The position numbers and the translations under genes are program-made. Positions 19,305 through 26,571 of a DNA stretch of 32,000 nucleotides are shown piece after piece; the stretch's first letter is position 1; each line of letters starts with the position of its first letter. A model generated the notes under the pieces. That model ran no database searches and was not told where the DNA came from. It was given only the letters and a program-made list of their open reading frames with translations. Origin of the DNA: Synechocystis sp. PCC 6803 substr. PCC-P (GTDB lineage: Bacteria; Cyanobacteriota; Cyanobacteriia; Cyanobacteriales; Microcystaceae); contig NC_017039.1 of assembly GCF_000284455.1 (NCBI RefSeq), positions 3,420,001 through 3,452,000 on the forward strand, written 5' to 3'.

Positions 19305-19955
19305 TTATCGTCGGGCAAGCATTCTACGAATTTCAGCATTCAACTCACGGAAAACCCCCCTGGGACTGACTGCGTCTAACATCTCTACAATCAGCTTGGT
19401 TTGCCCCATGCTTAACTCTCGATTATTGGTAAGGGACTCTAATTTAACTTTGACAATATGATTACGAATGTCTTCCTCCGACGCTTTCTCCGCCACCATA
19501 GTTGAAACAATTTTACTGGAATTAGCAAATTGAATAAAATCCTTATTGAGCAAATCGTATGAAAGTTCGCTTTTTTTGTTAGTGTACGCTCTAACAATAG
19601 CTTCGTACTCTTGGCTGCAGACCGTTTCCAAGTCCTCGGGGCCATCATCTTCAACGGCATCGGGGGGATTTGTTGGAACAGAAACTGTTGTCGTTAACTT
19701 AACTTTACCCCGCTTAGAATAGGGCAACCCGGAAGTCAATTCCAAAGCTTCCCGAAAAGCTTCTACAGGAAATAAGTCAACCGGAACGTTCGCCGCAAGG
19801 TCTGGTTCCCCAGAAGCTTTATTGATGGTAGCTAATCCTGACTGATCAGCATCGTAACGCAAAATTACGACACCAGATTTACTTGGATCTTTCAGTTTTT
19901 GGCGATAGGCTACAGCTTCAATGGTGGACAACTCAACCAATTTAGTTCTGATCAT
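19305..19955 (-). CDS. Hypothetical 216-aa protein (acidic centre, basic C-terminus), no recognised domain
   Basis: ATG-initiated ORF between the two giant genes and co-directional with them. No TM segment or signal peptide evident. Confidence 0.55.
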   Translation of the reverse strand: MIRTKLVELSTIEAVAYRQKLKDPSKSGVVILRYDADQSGLATINKASGEPDLAANVPVDLFPVEAFREALELTSGLPYSKRGKVKLTTTVSVPTNPPDAVEDDGPEDLETVCSQEYEAIVRAYTNKKSELSYDLLNKDFIQFANSSKIVSTMVAEKASEEDIRNHIVKVKLESLTNNRELSMGQTKLIVEMLDAVSPRGVFRELNAEIRRMLARR

Positions 19956-20157
19956 TTTTAGGTATTTGTGATTGAGAAATGGTTCTGAATAATATCAAAT
20001 ATCAATTAACATATGACATTTTTAGGATATCATGGTCTACCAATTTAAAGTTCGATTTAATAAACAAAATATTCCAAAAAATGAAGTTTATATTTCAGAT
20101 TGTTTGGAGTAGAGAATTATCAATTTGAATCAGTAACATCATAGACTTTAAATGTTA

Positions 20158-23100
20158 TCAAGCTAATCCAGTTTCATTAATTGCAACTCCGAAAGCATTG
20201 AACTGAGCCAGGGCCTGGGAGGAGCCAGGGACAAAAACGTTAGAGAAAACCCAGTTCCAGTTACTATCCGCATACCAAACACCAATCTCTCCAGAGCTTT
20301 GGTTTTGCCAGAGCACCTGGTTGATGCCCTCTACTGTTTCCGCAGCCAGGGCTTGCCAGTTACCAATGTCATTTTCAAAAGCCTCCCCAAGGTAACGTAA
20401 AGGAGTCGTCAGACCATCCCCAGTTTGAACATGATAGCCAAAGATTCCTCGCAGGAGGCTAATAGAACCCTCGGTTTCCACGTTGGTGAGGCTGTCACCA
20501 ATAAGTTGATCATTGTTGATGTCAATTTGGAAGGTGACCTCGGCATTAAGAGTCTTCAAAGAATTGGCCGACCAAGTTTCAGAGGAAATCCAATTCCAGT
20601 TGGCATCAGTATTCCAAATACCAACCTCCTCGATGTCGGGATTTCGCCAGAGAATTTGATTGATCCCGTTAATCGTTTCTGCCTCTAGGATTTGCCAATT
20701 ACCAAAGGTGCCATTGACAAAGGGTTGATTCTGGTATTTAACTACCATTTGTGTCTCGTCAGACAATTTGACGTGGAAAGAGTTGGCTAAAATCCCAGCT
20801 TGAATATCATTGGCGATCGGAACAACAGATGAAAAATTTGGAGGCGAAGAAAAGTTTTTCTCAATACTTTCAAATAAAGATTTATCGAAAACAAAATTTT
20901 CAGTTGTTAAATTTTCTTCTTGAATATTTTGTAGGAGAAGAATGTCTTTTTCAAATAGAGAAATAATGAAATCATTACCCTCTTGCCTGGAGGTAAAACT
21001 ATTTAACCCTAGGGGGAAAGGAAAATCCACAACCCCAATCACATCTTCTTCTGGATTAAAATCTGTAATGACATTAATTGCACTGGTACTAAACCTCTGC
21101 CCATATTCTTCAATCGCATCAAAACTAAGACCACCCTCATCAATGACATTTTCAACAATGTTAATACCTAATGTTCCATTGGGATCATCGTAAAACCAGA
21201 ATTGGTCCTTGCCACTCCCCCCAGATAGAGTGTTACCCCCAGCAGAAATACTGGCATAAATCACGTCATTGCCCGCACCAGCAAAAACCTCTTGATTGCT
21301 ATTGACGATAATTCGGTCATCGCCATCGGTTCCCATAACATCGCCACTGAGGGATAAGGACTGCCCTTCGCTCTGTAAACTAGTTATTTTCCTGCCACTT
21401 AATAGTTCTTCGGCACTAATACGTGGCATTGGGCTGGGAAAATTAAAATTAGGATCAAAGTTCCCAAAATCATCATTCCCCGGGCTGACATCAACTAAAT
21501 CATCTTGCTCATCGACAATACTATTATCATTGTTGCCTATAACATTTTCAAACAAAGAATTATCAAAGGTAAAACTCTCGGGGGAAAGACTTTCAACATT
21601 AACACCTTGCAAAAGAGCGACATCCCTGGCAAAGAGGGAAATAATTGCGTCATTGCCTTCCTGCCTTAATTGGACATCATTAACTCCTACGGGAACAAGA
21701 AAATCAGCAAAACCAATTGAGTCTTCATCAATGTCAAAATCTACAATCACATTTATTGAGCCTTCACCGAACATATCGCCATAAATTTGGCGGATAAACC
21801 TCTCCTGCTCATTTGCATCAGCAATACCAACATTTACTATTTTTATTGTTTCTTTGAAACTATCAATTACTTCCGCTGCCTGATCGTCATAGAACCAGAA
21901 TTGATCCTTCCCGATGCCTCCGGATAAGGTGTTACCCCCTAAGGATATTCCTGCGTAAATTTCATCATCGCCTGCGCCGGCAAAAACCCGTTGACCAAAA
22001 TCCACAATGATTTCGTCATCTCCCCCTAAGGCTTGTATTTCGCGACTCTCAGAGTCGATAACAGTGACATGATCGTTATCTTCCGTGAGAACAAAGGGAC
22101 TTCCCTGAATGTATGGTTCCGGAAACTGTTGGAGTGATTCTGGCTTGTCTGATTTGATATTAGGCAAAAATGTATAACTAATCATTCTCGCTTCCTTAAT
22201 TCCATTAACTTCTTCTTCCACAACTTTTGAGACCATTTGTTCTATGTGGCGATTTGTTAAACCTTCTAAAATCACCCTCGGTTCTTCTGATTTCCCCTGG
22301 CCATCGCGAAAAACCAGGCCTCGATAATCTTTGTCACCAATCGTTAGATGCTGATATGTTACGGAATACCTAATCTTGCCCCCGCCGTTATCTAAATACA
22401 GAACATCTAGTCCAGGATCAAAGTCTTTAATAACGGTCATTTTATCTAAAATACTAGGCTCCTGGGGGTTTCCTGCACTATACTTACTGATCGTTGAAAA
22501 TATTTCCACCCCTAGGATGCCCATTTCCAATGCTAACTCTGGAATTTTCCCTCCTGGAACCACTGCCCCGGCGACACTAAGTACCTTTAGTCCTACTTTC
22601 AATCCTTTCAGAGAAAGTTTCGTAATATCTGCCACCATGGCTTGATTAATCGCATCTTTTCTGGAAATAGCAACGGTGGAAACAATAAAAATATCGGCTT
22701 CACGCCTTCCAGACGTTTTAGAATTACCGTAAATCAATTGAACTTTGTCTTTTGTGTTGGCTGAAGTGGGTAGTCCTGCCAAAATAATATCTGTCCCATC
22801 TCCCGCCTCAATGGTATTAAACCCCTTACCCCCGTCTATGAAGTCACCGATTGTCGGGACAACACCTTCAGCGTTTTCTAGGGTTTTGATAAACTCTTTT
22901 AACTCTTTGACCTGCTCCTCTAAACCGGGTAAAACTACTAGATCTTCAATCGGAACGGAATTGTCTCCCCCTTGGATTAGATCGTCTCCGTCACCACCAA
23001 TGAGAATATTAAAACCCTGTTCGCTGATTTCTCCTGAGACTTTGATTACATCGTTACCAGGACCGCCATAGGCAAAATTATGGCCTGTACCAACATCTAT

Positions 23101-24015
23101 AAAATTATCTCCATGGAATTCTGCGGGGGGGATAAAGCTACCTGAAGGGTCGTAGCCTCCATAAATAATATCGTTCCCTTCTCCTCCATAAATCGTATCA
23201 TTACCGGCCATTCCTTGTATGGTGTCATTCCCCAGTCCGCCCCAGATTATGTCTTGAGTGTATTGGAGGACACTAGACCAAAGACCATCATTAGGAAAAT
23301 AAAACGAATCTCCATAAATCAAGTCGTTCCCAGGACCACCGTAAATTCTGTCAATGGCATCGCCAACCGAGGAAGGATAGGCACGAAGTCCCCAAAGAAC
23401 ATCATCTCCAGGGCCACCCTCGATGATGTCACTATTTTCTGCACCAAAAATAGTATCGTTCCCGTCTTCTCCGGATAAGTATTTCCGCCCGGCCATCCAA
23501 TTGCTCGTTATTGTATCGTTTCCATTTCCTCCCCACGCTGAATCAAGTCCAGGACCAACGTCAATATAATCGTCTCCATCCTCACCCCAGATTTGATCAT
23601 TTCCATGTTCTCCGAAAAGCCGATCATTGCCAGGGCCTCCCCAGATCTGATCATCTCCTCCTTCTGCGAGAATCATGTCATCACCTTCTTCTCCGTAAAG
23701 TTTATCTGCTCCATCAGGAGTTCCACCAGGAATCCAGTCGTGGTACCCCCCACGGATGGCGTCATTTCCAAAGCCGCCATAAATTGTGTCCGAATCCCCT
23801 TCACCTGAAAGAAAATCATCTCCGTGGTGGCCGTAGATGACATCGTTCCCATTCGCTCCAGATATGGTGTCATTGGCTCCTGATAGGCTGGAAAAATTTC
23901 GACCATGGACAAGATCATCTCCGGATTTTGCCCAAACAACATCGAATTTATGACGATCAGATGGTCTGAGATCGATGTTGTCAGCTGATTCCGAGCCTTG
24001 CCATATTTTCCCCAT
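20158..24015 (-). CDS. RTX-repeat (hemolysin-type Ca-binding) protein, ~1285 aa, with N-terminal RTX array and duplicated C-terminal modules
   Basis: Dozens of GGxGxD nonapeptides in residues ~40-375 (nt ~22905-23925). The ORF track starts at GTG 24030. ATG at 24013-24015 (MGKIWQG..) is preceded by GGAGGG about 9 nt upstream and is preferred. Confidence 0.9.
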   Translation of the reverse strand: MGKIWQGSESADNIDLRPSDRHKFDVVWAKSGDDLVHGRNFSSLSGANDTISGANGNDVIYGHHGDDFLSGEGDSDTIYGGFGNDAIRGGYHDWIPGGTPDGADKLYGEEGDDMILAEGGDDQIWGGPGNDRLFGEHGNDQIWGEDGDDYIDVGPGLDSAWGGNGNDTITSNWMAGRKYLSGEDGNDTIFGAENSDIIEGGPGDDVLWGLRAYPSSVGDAIDRIYGGPGNDLIYGDSFYFPNDGLWSSVLQYTQDIIWGGLGNDTIQGMAGNDTIYGGEGNDIIYGGYDPSGSFIPPAEFHGDNFIDVGTGHNFAYGGPGNDVIKVSGEISEQGFNILIGGDGDDLIQGGDNSVPIEDLVVLPGLEEQVKELKEFIKTLENAEGVVPTIGDFIDGGKGFNTIEAGDGTDIILAGLPTSANTKDKVQLIYGNSKTSGRREADIFIVSTVAISRKDAINQAMVADITKLSLKGLKVGLKVLSVAGAVVPGGKIPELALEMGILGVEIFSTISKYSAGNPQEPSILDKMTVIKDFDPGLDVLYLDNGGGKIRYSVTYQHLTIGDKDYRGLVFRDGQGKSEEPRVILEGLTNRHIEQMVSKVVEEEVNGIKEARMISYTFLPNIKSDKPESLQQFPEPYIQGSPFVLTEDNDHVTVIDSESREIQALGGDDEIIVDFGQRVFAGAGDDEIYAGISLGGNTLSGGIGKDQFWFYDDQAAEVIDSFKETIKIVNVGIADANEQERFIRQIYGDMFGEGSINVIVDFDIDEDSIGFADFLVPVGVNDVQLRQEGNDAIISLFARDVALLQGVNVESLSPESFTFDNSLFENVIGNNDNSIVDEQDDLVDVSPGNDDFGNFDPNFNFPSPMPRISAEELLSGRKITSLQSEGQSLSLSGDVMGTDGDDRIIVNSNQEVFAGAGNDVIYASISAGGNTLSGGSGKDQFWFYDDPNGTLGINIVENVIDEGGLSFDAIEEYGQRFSTSAINVITDFNPEEDVIGVVDFPFPLGLNSFTSRQEGNDFIISLFEKDILLLQNIQEENLTTENFVFDKSLFESIEKNFSSPPNFSSVVPIANDIQAGILANSFHVKLSDETQMVVKYQNQPFVNGTFGNWQILEAETINGINQILWRNPDIEEVGIWNTDANWNWISSETWSANSLKTLNAEVTFQIDINNDQLIGDSLTNVETEGSISLLRGIFGYHVQTGDGLTTPLRYLGEAFENDIGNWQALAAETVEGINQVLWQNQSSGEIGVWYADSNWNWVFSNVFVPGSSQALAQFNAFGVAINETGLA
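20161..20780 (-). repeat. Intragenic duplication: two ~100-aa Trp-rich C-terminal modules, period 113 aa
   Basis: ..GNWQILEAETINGINQILWRNPDIEEVGIWNTDANWNWISS.. versus ..GNWQALAAETVEGINQVLWQNQSSGEIGVWYADSNWNWVFS.. Confidence 0.8.
20865..22026 (-). repeat. Intragenic duplication: two ~154-aa modules spaced 233 aa (699 nt) apart
   Basis: ..VFAGAGDDEIYAGISLGGNTLSGGIGKDQFWFYDD..INVIVDFDIDEDSIGFADF..RQEGNDAIISLF.. (V at nt 21985-21987). The second copy is ..VFAGAGNDVIYASISAGGNTLSGGSGKDQFWFYDD..INVITDFNPEEDVIGVVDF..RQEGNDFIISLF.. (V at 21286-21288). Confidence 0.8.
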
Positions 24016-24358
24016 TTTGAAACCCTCCACTGGACTCTAATACTTTAACTAGATAAAACTAAACTTTAATCAGATAAAGTTTTAGCCAGATACAGTGATG
24101 CTTAATTTTTACTCAATAACCCTAACACATAAAACAGTAAAAAATGAGGTAAATGTTATGGGGATTACATTTGCACAACGAATTCTATTCTGATATCATG
24201 AAATCGCAACAATTTGGTAAATCATTCTGCTTCAGAACGTGTTTAAAAAACACCCAATATTGAGGGAGTTAGGGGATAAATAAAATTTTTAAACAGATTT
24301 TTAGTTGTGTTCTCAATCGAATAACTGTAAAATAATCTTTGTTTCTTAGATTATGCTT

Positions 24359-24802
24359 TTAGCAATAATAAGTTGCTACCCGTAGGACTTTTTTCCCATC
24401 TTTATCTAGCCTTAAACCTTTGACTATTTTATTGGGAAAGATATTGTTTTTCAGATCATGGACAATTTGTTTGGCATGACCAAAGGGTGCAATGAAGTAA
24501 AGAACATAAATGTTTTCTCCCGAGTTTCTCTCTTCGACACTTAAATTAATATCATTTTCAATAAGTTCTTTTTCTACTTGATCATTAATAAAAGCCCAAC
24601 AAGCAAAGCCAATTGGCTTATTATCTTTAACTGTCCGATAGATTCGATATTGATTCAGGTAGATAGAGGGCAAAAGGTAATTTATAATAAAACTAACAGG
24701 ATACTTGGCAAAGTTCTGTGAAGCCCCCATTAAAAATACAATTTCGCCCAGTATTTTTAGAGCGTTTTCATTGATAGCAACTGTATATTTATCAGCAGTC
24801 AT
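24359..24802 (-). CDS. HlyC/TAAT-family (RTX toxin-activating lysine acyltransferase) homolog
   Basis: 147 aa. It aligns with my recollection of E. coli HlyC along its length: ..LKILGEIVFLMGAS..YPVS..LLPSI..NQY.., ..CWAF.., ..SGEN..FIAPFG.. Confidence 0.8.
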   Translation of the reverse strand: MTADKYTVAINENALKILGEIVFLMGASQNFAKYPVSFIINYLLPSIYLNQYRIYRTVKDNKPIGFACWAFINDQVEKELIENDINLSVEERNSGENIYVLYFIAPFGHAKQIVHDLKNNIFPNKIVKGLRLDKDGKKVLRVATYYC

Positions 24803-24851
24803 TAACTGTTATCGAATAAAAAACTAAAATCATATTATGCAATATTTGTAG

Positions 24852-25754
24852 TCATGTTAAAAGTTTAGAAGCCCGCCACGCATATTTAAGATTGTCGAGA
24901 TGGGGAGCAAGACGACGCTCAACAAAATTAACCATAGGATAGTTATCAATGTCGACTCGACAGGTTGCTTTAGGAGCATCTGGCGCAGTTTTAATTTGAA
25001 TATTCATAGCCGTAGCAAGCATGATCAAACTTCGGCTGAGGGGCTGAAGAGCTGGATCGACAAACATCTGGGTGTAGCGAATGGTATCGGGGGCGATGCG
25101 ATGGGTAAGCATCCAGCCAACAACTTCATCTTTGTAACGCAGGCCTAAGCTGTTGAGGGATTCTAACTTATGACTTTCCACAAAGGGATTAAATTTTTTA
25201 ATGAGCGGATTGGCTTCCATTGTGTTTTTAATTGCTTCTGCATCTGCTTCGGTGAGGCTCGACCAAGGGAAAAGCGAAAACTGAGCAGGAAGCTTTGCTG
25301 ATAACTTGTCGAAATTTTTCAAAAGACTGGCATTTTTTAACTTCCCCATATTTCCGTAGCAGATCAATGCCGTTTTTGCTGGTTTTTCCCAATTACAGCT
25401 TGCAAGCATTTGTTCGATAAATACCTTATTGGGATTATCGAGGTAACCTAAGGACACTTTTTCGCAACCACGATGTATTAGTTCATTTTCCAGCGATCGC
25501 AGTAGCGCAGCACCGATTCCCCGTTGACGATATTCGGGAATGACAAACAGTGAACAAATCTCGGCAACCTTTTTTTCCTCGCAGATAGCATCTTTAGCCA
25601 GAACAAGACCAACGGGATAGCTTTCAATTTCCAGACCGAAAGCTATCCAAGAATTATCCTCTGAGATATGCAGCAGATGAGACTGATAGGCTGGGTAGGT
25701 TAATTCTTTAAAATTTACAGCCGAAACACTGTCCAATTGAATTGGTTCATACAT
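24852..25754 (-). CDS. Two-domain GNAT-superfamily acyltransferase (300 aa)
   Basis: N-terminal GNAT motif A ..VIPEYRQRGIGAALLRSLE.. The C-terminal ~170 aa has no clear motif and is possibly a second, degenerate GNAT fold. Lies 49 nt upstream of the HlyC-like gene on the same strand. Confidence 0.75.
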   Translation of the reverse strand: MYEPIQLDSVSAVNFKELTYPAYQSHLLHISEDNSWIAFGLEIESYPVGLVLAKDAICEEKKVAEICSLFVIPEYRQRGIGAALLRSLENELIHRGCEKVSLGYLDNPNKVFIEQMLASCNWEKPAKTALICYGNMGKLKNASLLKNFDKLSAKLPAQFSLFPWSSLTEADAEAIKNTMEANPLIKKFNPFVESHKLESLNSLGLRYKDEVVGWMLTHRIAPDTIRYTQMFVDPALQPLSRSLIMLATAMNIQIKTAPDAPKATCRVDIDNYPMVNFVERRLAPHLDNLKYAWRASKLLT

Positions 25755-25850
25755 GGAAAATCAGCTCAAAAAGTTTTAGCTATAGTCACAATATGGACGG
25801 GAAAACATTTGCAAATATCATCCCTGACTATAAATCTAAAGAATCCAAAT

Positions 25851-25866
25851 CCCCCCAAATAGGGGG
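25851..25866 (-). terminator. Short GC hairpin (ccccc-tattt-ggggg on minus strand) downstream of peptide gene A
   Basis: Seen directly. Followed on the minus strand by gatttggattcttt. Possible partial terminator or attenuator between the precursor genes and the GNAT. Confidence 0.25.
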
Positions 25867-25964
25867 AACTTAAAGTGGCAGTTAAATTTCATAAACAGCT
25901 TCTAAATCAAGCTTAGATAAAAGTAGGCACTAGAGTCCTAATTGATTTAGAGGTGTTACAAAGA

Positions 25965-26105
25965 CTAATTTTTAATAAATGCGTTGAACAACATAGAACC
26001 GCCACAAACTACCTCTAACTCAGCGTCAGAGAGTTCGCGGTACTTGGGAGCAGAAGACTGGGATTTTGTTTCTTGACGTTGCACAGACTTTTCAACTTTA
26101 GACAT
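25965..26105 (-). CDS. Double-glycine-leader precursor peptide A (46 aa; predicted core SMLFNAFIKN)
   Basis: MSKVEKSVQRQETKSQSSAPKYRELSDAELEVVCGG|SMLFNAFIKN. It carries the LSxxELxxVxGG leader consensus. GAGGAA lies about 7 nt upstream of ATG 26103-26105. The longer ORF-track start is unlikely. Confidence 0.8.
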   Translation of the reverse strand: MSKVEKSVQRQETKSQSSAPKYRELSDAELEVVCGGSMLFNAFIKN

Positions 26106-26162
26106 GGGAGTATTCCTCAAAAATGTTTGACTAGTGAAATGAAGTTTGTCCATCCACATCAA

Positions 26163-26215
26163 AAGGCTTGATCAATAAAGTCAGCCTTATCGAACTAAAT
26201 TGTTTAAAACAATTT
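26163..26215 (-). promoter_or_regulatory. Two hairpins directly downstream of peptide gene B
   Basis: The 19-nt AT palindrome aaattgttt-a-aaacaattt (26197-26215) abuts the stop codon. aaggct-N14-agcctt (26163-26188) follows, with a short T-run on the minus strand. Confidence 0.25.
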
Positions 26216-26216
26216 C

Positions 26217-26384
26217 CTACGCGTTTTTAATGGCAGAGTCAGGTAACTTCACATTGTCACCACAGATTATAGCGATGCCACCACAAACAACCTCTAATTG
26301 AGCATCAGAGAGTTCACGGTACTTGGGAGCGGTGGACTGGGATTTTGTCTCTTGGACTTGTACGGACTTTTCAACTTTAGACAT
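26217..26384 (-). CDS. Double-glycine-leader precursor peptide B (55 aa; predicted core IAIICGDNVKLPDSAIKNA)
   Basis: MSKVEKSVQVQETKSQSTAPKYRELSDAQLEVVCGG|IAIICGDNVKLPDSAIKNA. The leader is 33/36 identical to peptide A. GAGGAA lies upstream of ATG 26382-26384. Confidence 0.8.
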   Translation of the reverse strand: MSKVEKSVQVQETKSQSTAPKYRELSDAQLEVVCGGIAIICGDNVKLPDSAIKNA

Positions 26385-26571
26385 GAAATTTTCCTCGTAT
26401 GGCACTAGTTAAATAACTAATCTTTGTACCATAACAGACGCAAATTAATATAAGATTAAATTAAGGTTAAATTAAAATTAAGTTTTCATTATTTTTTGTT
26501 TACCTGCATTATTGATAGAATGCGCTAACAATAAAAATTGTAGTTGTATCAACTACTACATTTGATTTGAG
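26385..26571. promoter_or_regulatory. Divergent promoter region between the peptide genes and the PCAT gene, with 11-nt-phased ttaaattaa repeats
   Basis: 187-bp very AT-rich spacer between divergent start codons. ttaaattaa occurs at 26456-26464 and 26467-26475. No -35/-10 assignment attempted. Confidence 0.4.

Noticed and set aside
25836-25892. 18-aa minus-strand ORF MKFNCHFKFPLFGGIWIL between peptide A and the GNAT, considered as a third GG peptide or immunity peptide
   Set aside because: No Shine-Dalgarno sequence and no similarity to the conserved leader. It coincides with the GC hairpin, and its GG is probably just the G-run of the stem.
26106-26405. Longer ORF-track versions of the two peptide genes (starts at 26162 and 26405)
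   Set aside because: Both paralogs share the internal MSKVEKS start preceded by GAGGAA. The upstream extensions are unrelated to each other.
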